A stretch of DNA of 59,329 bases from a virus (Duplodnaviria > Caudoviricetes): positions 1-59,329 of the IMG/VR virus record IMGVR_UViG_3300009184_000050. One strand, given 5' to 3'. Below, piece by piece: positions 38,405-49,175 of the stretch; the stretch's first letter is position 1; every line of letters begins with the position of its first letter. Below the pieces are notes generated by a model. That model was not told the DNA's origin, made no database searches, and saw only the letters and a list, made by a program, of their open reading frames with translations. The translations under genes were made by a program, and so were the position numbers.

Positions 38405-39207
38405 GCGACAAGATAAGTTTTGTATGTACTTCTTTTAGAAGATTTACTTGTGTAGAAAGAATAGTAGCACAATACCATGCTCAAACACATGACAATAAAG
38501 AATTAATAATTTTTAACACAGATGAAGAACATCCATATTCACTGGGATTTGAGGATCCTTCTATTCATATTATTAATAATGGAATAGACTATCAAACAAA
38601 TCTTCCCTACGAAAATAGAGGACAAATTTGTCGGGATGCAGTCACTCATACCACCGGCGACTATTTTATGTTAGCAGATGATGATGACATATATCTACCT
38701 TGGCACATGCAACAAGCTTATGAAGGTATAATTGAAAATGGTAAGGATGCTTGGAAACCTGAACAAAGTTTCTTTTCTATGCCTGACCGTGTAGAATTAT
38801 GCATGAATACACTAGAAGCTAGTGTAATAGTTAAAATGCCTAGGATTAGAGAAATAGGGTTTAGAGTTGATATTACAGGCTATGAAGGATTGAGTTGGTA
38901 TACCAAGTTACGTGATGAAGGTCAATTAAACGAACATAATATAAATTATGTACCATCCTATTGTTTTAATTGGAGCGATCCACACGAAGTTGCAGGACAT
39001 AAACAAAGTGGTAATATAGGTCATCCAAATAATTTTGAAGACCATAAACAAGCCAGCAGAGATTATGCGTCTAGACCTCTTGAAAAGTTGTCAAAAGATC
39101 AATTAGATGAAGTATATAAAAAATACTATGATTGGTTTAAGAACAATAAAGACAAAGTTAATATTGAATACTATGATAGATACGCTAAAAACTTTGTAGA
39201 ATTATAA
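38401..39207 (+). CDS. GT2-family glycosyltransferase
   Basis: ISFVCTSFRR; KELIIFN; GDYFMLADDDDIYLPWH. Confidence 0.85.
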   Translation: MSDKISFVCTSFRRFTCVERIVAQYHAQTHDNKELIIFNTDEEHPYSLGFEDPSIHIINNGIDYQTNLPYENRGQICRDAVTHTTGDYFMLADDDDIYLPWHMQQAYEGIIENGKDAWKPEQSFFSMPDRVELCMNTLEASVIVKMPRIREIGFRVDITGYEGLSWYTKLRDEGQLNEHNINYVPSYCFNWSDPHEVAGHKQSGNIGHPNNFEDHKQASRDYASRPLEKLSKDQLDEVYKKYYDWFKNNKDKVNIEYYDRYAKNFVEL

Positions 39208-39210
39208 TTC

Positions 39211-39489
39211 TCAAGGATTATTTATTTTACGTTCTGCTTCAATTCTTTCTGTTTCAAGAACTTTCCCACGTAGTTGAAGCACAGTATCTATCTTTTCATT
39301 TAATCTGATTAAATCATTATCTAACATTCTAATTCTGTCAATTAACTCTATTAGAGTCTGATTGGCTTGCGATATAACTGGTTTTACTTCTAGCGTCACC
39401 CATTTCCATGTATAATGTACAAAATATCCTAAGCCAAATGCAGCTATGATGGGAAAACCGTATTTGTTGATTAATTCTACTGCGTACAT
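39211..39489 (-). CDS. Small single-TM coiled-coil protein (holin-like)
   Basis: INKYGFPIIAAFGLGYFV then coiled coil. Confidence 0.65.
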   Translation of the reverse strand: MYAVELINKYGFPIIAAFGLGYFVHYTWKWVTLEVKPVISQANQTLIELIDRIRMLDNDLIRLNEKIDTVLQLRGKVLETERIEAERKINNP

Positions 39490-39490
39490 A

Positions 39491-39772
39491 TTAGTCTTTT
39501 CTGATATCGCTAAAATCCGCTCTAGAGATTCTGTTAAAATTAGGTTGTAAACCTAATGCGTGTGATATTTTGATATCAATTCTTTCAACTTCGCTATTCA
39601 TTATATCTATACGCTTATCTAAACTTTTTATAATAGATTCCATAGATTTAACTGACGAGGTTACACCAGCTAGTATGAATTTAAGTGCAAGAAAAACAAA
39701 ATAGCCGGCTGATATCGCGGCTGCAATCGGAAATCCAACATCTGATACTAGTTGTATAAAATCTATTTCCAT
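39491..39772 (-). CDS. Small single-TM coiled-coil protein, paralog of 39211
   Basis: VSDVGFPIAAAISAGYFV then coiled coil. Confidence 0.65.
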   Translation of the reverse strand: MEIDFIQLVSDVGFPIAAAISAGYFVFLALKFILAGVTSSVKSMESIIKSLDKRIDIMNSEVERIDIKISHALGLQPNFNRISRADFSDIRKD

Positions 39773-39839
39773 AATTAGATTCCCCCATAAATATTATTTA
39801 TGAAAACAACTAAATAATAAAGTAACAACATATATCAAA

Positions 39840-40460
39840 ATGAAAGTCACTGAAATTCTAAAAGAATACCGAGACGATTTGTCAAAATTAGTTATTTTTG
39901 ACATTGACGATACCCTCGTGCATACCCAAACAAAGGTGCATGTAATTAAAGACGGTCAAGTAGTTCGTAGTTTAAACAGCCATGAGTTTACACATTATAA
40001 ATTAAAAGATGGTGAACAGTTTGATTTTGGTGATTTCACTAATGCCAAAGAATTCTTTGAAAATGCTAAGCCAATCATACCTATGATGAATCAACTTAAA
40101 AGAGATATTTCTACGGGTAATAAAGTTGTCATGGTAACTGCTAGATCCGACTTTGATGACAAAGAATTGTTTTTAGATACATTTAGAAAATATGGGGTAG
40201 ACATGAGTAAAGTTCATGTTTATCGTGCAGGAAATATCAAAGACAATATTAAGATTGACGAAAAGAAAAAATTAATTATTAGAAAGTTATTAGATCAGGG
40301 AAATTATCGTAAAGCCATAATGTATGACGATTCTATTCCAAATTTAGATAGTTTTGTTACTCTTAAAAAAGAATATCCAAATACTAAGTTTTATGCTTGG
40401 AGTGTAAGCCTAGACGGTAAAGCAGGTGAGTACCAAAGAACCAACGAGCAGGTAAATTAA
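39840..40460 (+). CDS. HAD-superfamily phosphatase
   Basis: FDIDDTL, VTAR, K, YDDS..NL. Confidence 0.85.
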   Translation: MKVTEILKEYRDDLSKLVIFDIDDTLVHTQTKVHVIKDGQVVRSLNSHEFTHYKLKDGEQFDFGDFTNAKEFFENAKPIIPMMNQLKRDISTGNKVVMVTARSDFDDKELFLDTFRKYGVDMSKVHVYRAGNIKDNIKIDEKKKLIIRKLLDQGNYRKAIMYDDSIPNLDSFVTLKKEYPNTKFYAWSVSLDGKAGEYQRTNEQVN

Positions 40461-40525
40461 TTATTTTGGGCATCTTTGTTCTTAATAAATATTGACATAC
40501 TAAATTCATTGTGCTAACATAACGT

Positions 40526-40717
40526 ATGTCAAAAAAATTACCATCTGATATTTTAACTCGGTACGAAGTTATCACTCAAGAAGACCCTGAAACCGGGGAT
40601 ATTATACTACCTATTCCACAACCAGTGCTAGATTCTTTGGGTTGGAAAGAAGGGGATGAAGTAGAGTTTGGTGTTAATGACGATGGCACGGTTTTTATCA
40701 AAAAGTCCTTTAAATGA
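40526..40717 (+). CDS. AbrB/MazE/SpoVT-like DNA-binding protein
   Basis: LPIPQPVLDSLGWKEGDEVEF...G.VFIKK. Confidence 0.85.
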   Translation: MSKKLPSDILTRYEVITQEDPETGDIILPIPQPVLDSLGWKEGDEVEFGVNDDGTVFIKKSFK

Positions 40718-41079
40718 TAGTAACTAATAATTCTACCTCAATACCAAATATTGTTACCATTACCTCTCCAAACACCGTACCAAATTACGGGTATTATACA
40801 GTCCCCTCAACTACTACACCTACTTGGACTATTAATCCAAACACTACTAATAACCAGTTAACAGTTAAAGGTGATGCTGAATTTGAAGGTGATATCAAAA
40901 TCAAGGGCAAAAGTTTAAATGATGTACTAGAGAAAATTGAAGAACGATTGGCTATCCTTCGCCTAAATGAAGAACTAGAAAAAAGATGGGAAGAGTTACG
41001 AACCTTAGGTAACGCTTACAAGGAACTAGAAGCCGAAATTATAGAAAAAGAAAAAGCATGGGATATTCTCAAACGATAA
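40714..41079 (+). CDS. Hypothetical protein, coiled coil
   Basis: ATGA overlap. Confidence 0.75.
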   Translation: MIVTNNSTSIPNIVTITSPNTVPNYGYYTVPSTTTPTWTINPNTTNNQLTVKGDAEFEGDIKIKGKSLNDVLEKIEERLAILRLNEELEKRWEELRTLGNAYKELEAEIIEKEKAWDILKR

Positions 41080-41082
41080 TGG

Positions 41083-41111
41083 TTGACAGATATTCTTCGG
41101 CATGCTATAAT
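41083..41111 (+). promoter_or_regulatory. Consensus sigma70 promoter
   Basis: TTGACA-17-TATAAT. Confidence 0.85.
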
Positions 41112-41140
41112 ACTAGAATCGTAACTTGCATTTAATCAAC

Positions 41141-41530
41141 ATGTCCATGCATTTGCATCATCCCTCTCTTACCCTCAATGGTAAACGTAAGGGTAAACAA
41201 AAATTTGCCAGTTCAGAAGCTAAACAAAAGCAATTAGCACTACAAAATGAATGGGAAGCTAACCAACAAAAATGGGCTTCAATGTCTAAGCCTATAGCTA
41301 AAAGAATTGCCAATAAGGGATTACAACTGTCTCCTGCTATCCCAACAAATAGGGTTGCAAATAATCGTATTCCTAGTTTAGATACTAAAATCACAGGGCC
41401 AGTTACAGTAAAACAAAATCAAAAATATACAGGAGATCAAGTATTGGGTATAACGATTGTCCATAAAAGTTGTCTGCAACCTGTATTCAATCAACAAGCG
41501 GCTGTTGATGCAGCTAATATGCGTAGATAA
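41141..41530 (+). CDS. Hypothetical phage protein
   Basis: YTG...GI..VHKS...PVF...A...A.MRR. Confidence 0.8.
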   Translation: MSMHLHHPSLTLNGKRKGKQKFASSEAKQKQLALQNEWEANQQKWASMSKPIAKRIANKGLQLSPAIPTNRVANNRIPSLDTKITGPVTVKQNQKYTGDQVLGITIVHKSCLQPVFNQQAAVDAANMRR

Positions 41531-41531
41531 T

Positions 41532-41747
41532 ATGGCAAAAGACGATACAATTAAAGTAGAAGGAGAAGTAGTAGACGTACTTCCAAATGCAATGTTTAGA
41601 GTACAGTTAACTACAGGTAATAAAATACTCGGATATATTTCAGGCCGAATGCGACAAAATGAAATTCGTATTTTGTTAGGTGATGAAGTTGAATTAGAGC
41701 TATCACCCTATGATCTAACCAAAGGTCGTATAACAAGACGTAAGTAG
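41532..41747 (+). CDS. infA: Translation initiation factor IF-1
   Basis: [24 protein letters not shown]...SGRMR...[12 protein letters not shown]. Confidence 0.96.
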   Translation: MAKDDTIKVEGEVVDVLPNAMFRVQLTTGNKILGYISGRMRQNEIRILLGDEVELELSPYDLTKGRITRRK

Positions 41748-41782
41748 AAACTTACCAATCACGCATTAAGAATAAATACTTA

Positions 41783-42337
41783 ATGCGTGACATAATAAAT
41801 CTACTTGAGGCAAAAGCTAAACCTCAAGATATAGGAATAATTCCCCTCAACTTCACTCCCAGTGAAGTTGCACCCGTTATGAGTAAAGAAACCATTGATT
41901 TACACTTTGGTAAACTTGCCCACGGCTATGCCGAGCGTTATAATAAAGGCGAAGGTGATCCTGAATTCAATTATGCAGGGGCTTTTCTTCACAATACATA
42001 CTTTCCTCAATTTAGAGAAGTAAGAAATAATAACGAGCCCAACGGGCCTATTGCAGGATTTATCAAAAAGCATTTTGGAAACTATGAAGCTTTCCAAAAA
42101 GAATTACAAACCGAAGCAATGAAGATTCAAGGTTCAGGTTGGATTTATTTGGCATATGATGGTAAACTAAAAACTATACCAAATCATCAAGTAAGAGATG
42201 ACATACTATTACTAATAGACTGGTGGGAACATGCATTTTTATTAGATTATGGTGCAGACAAAAAAAAGTATTTAGAAAACACTTGGAAAATTATTAATTG
42301 GAACGTTATTAACACTAGATGGGGCCACTCATTATGA
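41783..42337 (+). CDS. sod: Fe/Mn superoxide dismutase
   Basis: LHFGK, LHN, GSGW, DWWEHA metal ligands. Confidence 0.9.
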   Translation: MRDIINLLEAKAKPQDIGIIPLNFTPSEVAPVMSKETIDLHFGKLAHGYAERYNKGEGDPEFNYAGAFLHNTYFPQFREVRNNNEPNGPIAGFIKKHFGNYEAFQKELQTEAMKIQGSGWIYLAYDGKLKTIPNHQVRDDILLLIDWWEHAFLLDYGADKKKYLENTWKIINWNVINTRWGHSL

Positions 42338-42657
42338 TTACAGTTACAAAAGAAGCAACTGCAAAGATATCCGACATAATACTAGAAGAAAATAATTCAA
42401 ACTTAAAACTACGATTATATGTTCAGGGCGGTGGTTGCTCTGGTTTTCAATATGGTTTTATATTAGAGGAAGAGGTTAATGAAGACGATCTGGAATTTAA
42501 ATCAGATTCTATTAAATTAATAGTAGATCACATGAGTTATCAATACTTAGAAGGGTCTACAGTAGATTACAAAGACGAATTATATGGCTCTAGCTTTACA
42601 ATAAAAAATCCCAATGCCGAAACTACATGTGGATGTGGGAGTTCTTTTAGTGCTTAG
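42334..42657 (+). CDS. erpA: A-type Fe-S carrier (ErpA/IscA)
   Basis: [11 protein letters not shown]; [12 protein letters not shown]. Confidence 0.93.
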   Translation: MITVTKEATAKISDIILEENNSNLKLRLYVQGGGCSGFQYGFILEEEVNEDDLEFKSDSIKLIVDHMSYQYLEGSTVDYKDELYGSSFTIKNPNAETTCGCGSSFSA

Positions 42658-42709
42658 GGCCGTATTTATTTAATTTATTGATAAATAACGATATAAAGAG
42701 AGAAATAAT

Positions 42710-45646
42710 ATGGCATTTAAACCTAAACAACCTAAAATTGGACTTTCTGACCCCGGCGTTGTACGTTCTGTTCAAAATACTTTAAATACACAAAGGCTTA
42801 TAGCAGCCGGAAACCCTACTATTGAAGAAGGTAATAAAGTAGTATTGCCGAATTCAACTCTGAGAACAACTGCTACGACCGTAGGGGTACTTACTAGTGC
42901 TAATAATCAAGCAGGAGATACTGTCACAATTTATACGGGTGCAAATAGTATATATGTAAGTGCTATTGATCAAACTGTAAAAAGCTTTATTATTAATGGG
43001 GTAACACAAATTATTCCCGGGGACAATATATACATTGACCCGGCTGAAGGGACTGGTGTTGTCACAATAAGTGCTTCTTCTTCTATAGCTCCTACCAAAA
43101 TTCAAAATGGTGAGAGTTATGCTAATATAGAAGAGGCTGATGGCAATTTAGTTATTAGTGCAAATGGTAAATTATGGACATTTGGAACCGATGGAAATAT
43201 AACATTACCCGCTGGTAATGACATTTCAATCAACTATTCAAACGGAACACCATATGGTGGTAGTGGATCAGGAAATGGCTTCAGCAATGGTACTAGTAAT
43301 GGCTCCATACCAGAAGCAAATGGCAATATTAATTTTAGTGTTAATGACAATCCTAATGTAGTGGTTATAACCGAATTCGGTGTAAATGTCGCAGGTACAG
43401 CAAATATCACAGGTCTAGCTAATGTTGGTGGTAATTTAACAGTAACAGGTACTAGTAATTTAGGTGTTGCGAGTAATGTTATTATCACTGGTGGAAGTAA
43501 TGGTCAAGTGTTAACTACCAATGGTAATGGTAATTTAAGTTGGACATCGGTCAATGTATCTGGTTTTAGCAATGGTACTAGTAGTGGATCTATTCCAGCA
43601 GCAAATGGCAATATTAACTTTAGTGTAGGTGGCAATGCCAATGTAGTGGTTGTAACAGGTACTGGTGCTAATATTACAGGTACTTTAGCAGTAACAGGTA
43701 CAAGTAATTTAAATGCAGTTGGTAATGTTATTATCACTGGTGGAAGTAATGGTCAAGTGTTAACTACTAATGGTGCTGGTAATTTAAGTTGGACTACTGT
43801 AATTGGTTCTGGAAATAGTTTCAGCAATGGCACTAGCAACGGCTCTATTCCAACAGCAAATGGCAATATTAATTTTAGTGTAGGTGGCAATGCTAATATA
43901 TTAGTTGTAACCGGTACTGGTGCAAATATTACAGGTACTTTAGCAGTAACAGGTACAAGTAATTTAAATGCAGTTGGTAATGTAACTATCACTGGTGGAA
44001 GTAATGGTCAAGTGTTAACTACTAATGGCAATGGTAATTTAAGTTGGTCTTCGGTAGTTGCTTCTGCTACAGGTAACGGTACTAGTGGAATAACTATTCC
44101 AACAGCAAATGGCAACGTTCTAATAGGTTCAGGCGGCAATACGGTAGTAGTAATTACTCCTACTGGCGCTAATGTTACTGGTAATTTAGGCGTTTCAGGA
44201 AATGGTAACATTGGGGGAAATCTAGGAGTCGGCGGTAGTATTACTGCAAACGGTAATATTACCGGTAATTATATATTAGGTAATGGTGCGTTCTTAACGG
44301 GAATAGCAACTCTTTCTAATGGCAATTCAAATGTCAGAATAGCAGAAAATGGTAATATAGCTCTTAGTGTGTCTGGTAATGCAAATATCTTTACATTCAC
44401 TGGAAATAGTGCAAACTTTAGTAAACCTGTAGGACTAGATAGTACTCTAACAGTAGCAGGTAATACACTATTCAATAGTAATGTTAACATGGGCGGGCGT
44501 AACATCAATAATCTTGCTGAGCCTAACGTAGGCACTGACGCTGCTACCAAATTCTATGTTGATACATTTGCGTCGGGTCTTTCAGTTAAGCAGTCTGCAA
44601 ATGCGGCTACCACCGCAAACCTAGATGTTATAACAGGGGGCACAGCGGCATATAATAACGGCACAAGTGGTGTAGGTGCAAATCTAACAATTACAGGTGG
44701 AACATTAACTGCGATAGATGGTGTTTCACTGACTGCTAATATGCGTTTGCTTATTAAAAACGAAGCAAATCAAGCTTGGAATGGTATCTATGTTTACAAC
44801 AATAATACGGTAATAACAAGATCCACCGATTTTGATGTTAATGCCGAAGTACTGAGCGGTTCTTTCTTATTCGTTACAACAGGCTCAACACTAGCAGACA
44901 CCGCTTGGGTACAAACAACGGATAGTGTAGTTGTAGGAACTAGCAATGTTGTCTTCAGTCAGTTCTCAGGTGCAGGTTCATTCCAAGCAGCTAATGGTAT
45001 TAACTTAGTAGGTTCAACATTCTCAGCTAATACAGATGGCGTTACTACAGCAATTTCTGGTGGTAATATTGTAGTTAAAGCGAGTGCTAATTTAACTACA
45101 CCAAACATCGGTAATGCAACAGGCAATAGTCTAACACTTACTGGAAATGGTTTAGTAAGTGCAGCTAATGTTAATGTTTCTGCAAATATCACTGCTGTTA
45201 ATTTAGCAATAACAGGTGTGACTAATTTAAATGCAGTTGGTAATGTTAAAATTACAGGCGGTACTTCAGGTCAATTTATTAAAACAGATGGTAACGGTAA
45301 CTTATCTTTTGGTGATCCAGGAGCAACAGGTGGATCTCTTACAAGATTCATAACAGCAAACTCTATTTTGGTAGCCCCCACTACTCTTGATACATTCTCT
45401 TCAGATGCCTATAGGTCTGTTACATATCAAATTCAAATTAGTAGCGGAACTGATTATGAAGCTACAATGATAAGTTTGTTACAAAATAACACCAATGTGT
45501 ACATTTCACAATACTCTGATGTTACTTCAAATGTTCCTTTAGCAACCTTTGATGCATCACTAGCAGCCAATGTAGTTACAGTTACATTTACCCCGGTTAA
45601 TGCAGTAACAACAGTTACAGGAATAGCCACATTGCTAGCAGTGTAA
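42710..45646 (+). CDS. Tail fibre / structural protein with G/N/T-rich repeats
   Basis: Three ~80-aa internal repeats (SNGTS.GSIP.ANGNI...ITGGSNGQVLTTNG.GNLSW); DAATKFYVD motif. Confidence 0.85.
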   Translation: MAFKPKQPKIGLSDPGVVRSVQNTLNTQRLIAAGNPTIEEGNKVVLPNSTLRTTATTVGVLTSANNQAGDTVTIYTGANSIYVSAIDQTVKSFIINGVTQIIPGDNIYIDPAEGTGVVTISASSSIAPTKIQNGESYANIEEADGNLVISANGKLWTFGTDGNITLPAGNDISINYSNGTPYGGSGSGNGFSNGTSNGSIPEANGNINFSVNDNPNVVVITEFGVNVAGTANITGLANVGGNLTVTGTSNLGVASNVIITGGSNGQVLTTNGNGNLSWTSVNVSGFSNGTSSGSIPAANGNINFSVGGNANVVVVTGTGANITGTLAVTGTSNLNAVGNVIITGGSNGQVLTTNGAGNLSWTTVIGSGNSFSNGTSNGSIPTANGNINFSVGGNANILVVTGTGANITGTLAVTGTSNLNAVGNVTITGGSNGQVLTTNGNGNLSWSSVVASATGNGTSGITIPTANGNVLIGSGGNTVVVITPTGANVTGNLGVSGNGNIGGNLGVGGSITANGNITGNYILGNGAFLTGIATLSNGNSNVRIAENGNIALSVSGNANIFTFTGNSANFSKPVGLDSTLTVAGNTLFNSNVNMGGRNINNLAEPNVGTDAATKFYVDTFASGLSVKQSANAATTANLDVITGGTAAYNNGTSGVGANLTITGGTLTAIDGVSLTANMRLLIKNEANQAWNGIYVYNNNTVITRSTDFDVNAEVLSGSFLFVTTGSTLADTAWVQTTDSVVVGTSNVVFSQFSGAGSFQAANGINLVGSTFSANTDGVTTAISGGNIVVKASANLTTPNIGNATGNSLTLTGNGLVSAANVNVSANITAVNLAITGVTNLNAVGNVKITGGTSGQFIKTDGNGNLSFGDPGATGGSLTRFITANSILVAPTTLDTFSSDAYRSVTYQIQISSGTDYEATMISLLQNNTNVYISQYSDVTSNVPLATFDASLAANVVTVTFTPVNAVTTVTGIATLLAV

Positions 45647-45676
45647 TGTTTAAAAAATTAACGAGGATAGTGAATC

Positions 45677-46474
45677 GTGGCAATAATTAAACCTTTTATA
45701 ATTAATAATGGTCTTTCAATTGGTACCCCAACAGGGGCGACTGCACTGATTGACTCTTCAGGAAACTGGATTGGACCTAGTACTAATTTAGTTGGACCAC
45801 AAGGACCACAGGGGCCTCAAGGACCACAGGGGCCTCAAGGACCGCAAGGATCTAGTGGCCCTCAAGGACCCACCGGTCCTCAAGGAACACCGGGCGCATC
45901 AGGACCACAAGGCCCACAAGGCGCATCAGGACCACAAGGACCACAAGGCCCACAAGGCGCATCAGGACCAACTGGTCCACAAGGGCCTCAAGGATCGGTG
46001 GGACCTCAAGGACCTCAAGGACCACAAGGACCACAGGGCGTTGCAGGAACTGGTGATGTAACATTAAGCGCATTAGGCGTAGGCACACCAGCTGGCCCCG
46101 CAGGTTATATATTAGCTACAAATAATATTACATCTCTGTACTCAGATAAAAGACTAAAAGAAAATATCAAAAATATTGATAATTGTATAGAAAAAATACA
46201 AAGTATGACTGGGGTATACTTTACACAAAATAAGTTAGCTGAAAAATTTGGTTACAATGATTATAAAAAACAAATAGGACTTATCGCTCAGCAGATAAGT
46301 GCTGTTTTCCCTGAAGCGGTATCTACAGCTCCATTTGATGCAGATGACACTGGAAATAGCAAGTCCGGTGAAAATTATCTTACTATCAACTATGATAAGT
46401 TAGTACCTTTATTGGTAGAAGCTGTTAAAGAACAGCAAAAAGAGATAAAACAATTGTTGCAAAAAATAGGATAA
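45677..46474 (+). CDS. Collagen-like fibre with peptidase S74 intramolecular chaperone
   Basis: (GPQ)n repeats; [10 protein letters not shown]; [14 protein letters not shown]. Confidence 0.9.
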   Translation: MAIIKPFIINNGLSIGTPTGATALIDSSGNWIGPSTNLVGPQGPQGPQGPQGPQGPQGSSGPQGPTGPQGTPGASGPQGPQGASGPQGPQGPQGASGPTGPQGPQGSVGPQGPQGPQGPQGVAGTGDVTLSALGVGTPAGPAGYILATNNITSLYSDKRLKENIKNIDNCIEKIQSMTGVYFTQNKLAEKFGYNDYKKQIGLIAQQISAVFPEAVSTAPFDADDTGNSKSGENYLTINYDKLVPLLVEAVKEQQKEIKQLLQKIG

Positions 46475-46479
46475 AAATT

Positions 46480-47271
46480 GTGGCTACAAATAAAAATTTT
46501 GTAATAAAAAATGGGTTGACAGTAGGAACTACTGCTGATATTAATTCATCGGGCGTGTGGATTGGGCCTACAACAGGTTTGATAGGCCCGCAAGGTGCTG
46601 TTGGTTCTGCGGGAGCTGCAGGTCCACAAGGCCCACAAGGTCCAGCTGCACCAGGAGGGTCGGGAACAGCAGGTCCACAAGGTCCTAGAGGTCCGCAAGG
46701 CGCAACCGGTGCGCCGGGATCATCAGCGCCGGGGCCCAATGGTCCTCAAGGAGCTCAGGGACCAGCAGGAGCGATCGGTCCTACCGGGCCACAAGGCCCC
46801 GGAGGATCAACGGGGGGAACAGGTCCACAAGGGCCTACTTCACAATTACAAACATCAGTTACTTCATTAGGAGTAGGGACTGCTGCCAGCGGTACTACAG
46901 GTGAGATAAGAGCCAGTGGTAATATAACAGGTTTTTATTCAGATGTAAGATTAAAAGATAATATATCCAATATAACCGAGTCTCAACAAATTTTACAAAA
47001 ATTGCGAGGTGTATATTTTAATCAAAATGAATTTGCTGAAAAATTTGGATATCATGACCATAGTAAACAAATTGGCGTAATAGCACAAGAAGTACAAGAG
47101 GTTGTACCTGAAGCAGTTACTATAGCACCATTTGATTTAATATCTGATGTAAGTAGATCAGGTGAAAATTACCTAACAGTAAATTATTTTAAATTGATAC
47201 CTGTGATAATAGAAAGCATCAAGCTACACCAACGTGAAATAAATATGATCAAAGGACAGGTAAAATCATGA
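46480..47271 (+). CDS. Collagen-like fibre with S74 domain
   Basis: GXY repeats; [10 protein letters not shown]. Confidence 0.9.
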   Translation: MATNKNFVIKNGLTVGTTADINSSGVWIGPTTGLIGPQGAVGSAGAAGPQGPQGPAAPGGSGTAGPQGPRGPQGATGAPGSSAPGPNGPQGAQGPAGAIGPTGPQGPGGSTGGTGPQGPTSQLQTSVTSLGVGTAASGTTGEIRASGNITGFYSDVRLKDNISNITESQQILQKLRGVYFNQNEFAEKFGYHDHSKQIGVIAQEVQEVVPEAVTIAPFDLISDVSRSGENYLTVNYFKLIPVIIESIKLHQREINMIKGQVKS

Positions 47272-49166
47272 CTACTAAAGCTATATTTGGATTTGGATAT
47301 ATTACAGGCGGCAGTCCAGTATCAATAACTAATCTAGTGTCTAGTTTTGGTGTGGTTGCTGCTGATCAAACCGAATTAACTGGTACGGCAAGATTTTGGC
47401 TTGCAGCAGCTAGCTTTGGTGGCGATCAAGCTATATTTGGATTTGGGAATGATGGCATTTCTCCAGTAGCAATTACCAATCTAGTATCTAATCTTGGGGT
47501 TGTTGCTGCTAATCAAGGCGCATTAACTGGTACGGCAAGGCAACGTCTAGCAGCAGCAGGATATGGAGGTGATAAAGCTATATTTGGATATGGTAGTAAT
47601 GATAGTAGTACTTATTATACAACAACCAATAGAGTGTCTAATCTCGGTGTTGTTGTTGCTAATGGCCAGACCGCGGGTACTGCAAGATATGGACTAGCCG
47701 CAACAGGATACGGCACTGATAAAGCTATATTTGGATTTGGGGCTACCAGCAGCTATTTCAACGTGACCAATCTAGTATCTAATCTTGGTGTTGTTGCTGC
47801 TAATCAATCCGCATTAACTGGTACTGCAAGAAGTGGTCTTGCAGCAGCAGGATACGGCACCGATACAGCTATATTTGGATTTGGGACTACCGGTAGTGTT
47901 ACCAACGTAACCAATCTAGTATCTAATCTCGGTGTAGTTGCTGCCGATACTCCAGGGGTTGGTACTGCAAGGTCATTTTTAGCAGCAGCAGGATATGGTA
48001 GTGATAAAGCTATATTTGGATATGGCCAAATAGCTAGTCTTCAGACAATAACTACTTTAGTATCTAATACTGGTGTTGTTGTTTCTGAATCTTCTGGTGT
48101 TGGTACTGCAAGGACTGGACTAGCGGCATCCGGGTATAGCACCGAAACATCAGTAACTACCACAACTACAACTACAGCAGGACCAGAAACTACCACAACC
48201 ACAACAACAGAAGCACCAACTACTACTACAACAACTACATCAGGACCAACTACTACCACAACAACTACATCAGGACCAACTACTACAACTACAACAGAAT
48301 CACCCACAACAACTACAACTACATCAGGACCAACTACTACCACTACAACAACAGCAGCACCAGGTACTACTACAACTACAACAGCAGCACCAGTACCTGC
48401 AATATTTACTCCATTTACAGTTAAAAGCGGTCTTACTGTAGGAACCATTCCAGTGATCAATTCTTCAGGAATATGGATTGGACCACGTTCAAATTTTGCA
48501 GGACCACGGGGACCACAAGGGATTCAAGGTCCACCAGGAGTAACTGGACCACAAGGTACAGGAGGGACAGGGCCTCAAGGACCACAGGGCGCTCAAGGAC
48601 CACAAGGACCACAAGGTTCAACACAGCCTTCCCCACCGGGGTCTACTGGCCCGCAAGGACCACAGGGATCACAGGGTCCACAAGGCTCTACAGGTCCGCA
48701 AGGACCACAGGGTCCAGCAGGGCAGCCTGGTCCCACTGGACCGCTAGTTAATCAAGTAAATAGTTTGGGTGTAGGGACTCCTGCTAGTGGCACTACCGGT
48801 GAAATTAGAGCTACCGGTGACGTAACTGCTTATTATTCAGATAAAAGATTAAAAGAAAATATAGTAACTATAGAAAATGCACTAGAAAAACTTAATAGAC
48901 TAAACGGTGCGTACTACTATTCAAATAAATTAGCCGAACAGTTCGGGTACATAAATAAAAAAAGACAAGTAGGATTAATAGCGCAAGAAGTTGAAGAAGT
49001 AGTACCCGAAGCTATAGCAATTGCACCGTTTGATGCTAATTTACACGGGCATAGTAAATCAGGTGATAGATATTTAACTGTAAGATACGAAAAAATAGTC
49101 CCACTTTTAATTCAAGCTTTGAAAGAGCAAGAACAACAGATTGAATATCTTAAATCTAAACTATAA
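47268..49166 (+). CDS. Fibre: repeat (propeller-like) head, Thr-rich linker, collagen, S74
   Basis: Six AIFG(F/Y)G..SN.GVV..GTAR..LAA.GY repeats; TTTTSGP runs; GPQ repeats; [10 protein letters not shown]. Confidence 0.9.
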   Translation: MTTKAIFGFGYITGGSPVSITNLVSSFGVVAADQTELTGTARFWLAAASFGGDQAIFGFGNDGISPVAITNLVSNLGVVAANQGALTGTARQRLAAAGYGGDKAIFGYGSNDSSTYYTTTNRVSNLGVVVANGQTAGTARYGLAATGYGTDKAIFGFGATSSYFNVTNLVSNLGVVAANQSALTGTARSGLAAAGYGTDTAIFGFGTTGSVTNVTNLVSNLGVVAADTPGVGTARSFLAAAGYGSDKAIFGYGQIASLQTITTLVSNTGVVVSESSGVGTARTGLAASGYSTETSVTTTTTTTAGPETTTTTTTEAPTTTTTTTSGPTTTTTTTSGPTTTTTTESPTTTTTTSGPTTTTTTTAAPGTTTTTTAAPVPAIFTPFTVKSGLTVGTIPVINSSGIWIGPRSNFAGPRGPQGIQGPPGVTGPQGTGGTGPQGPQGAQGPQGPQGSTQPSPPGSTGPQGPQGSQGPQGSTGPQGPQGPAGQPGPTGPLVNQVNSLGVGTPASGTTGEIRATGDVTAYYSDKRLKENIVTIENALEKLNRLNGAYYYSNKLAEQFGYINKKRQVGLIAQEVEEVVPEAIAIAPFDANLHGHSKSGDRYLTVRYEKIVPLLIQALKEQEQQIEYLKSKL

Positions 49167-49175
49167 AGGGAAACG

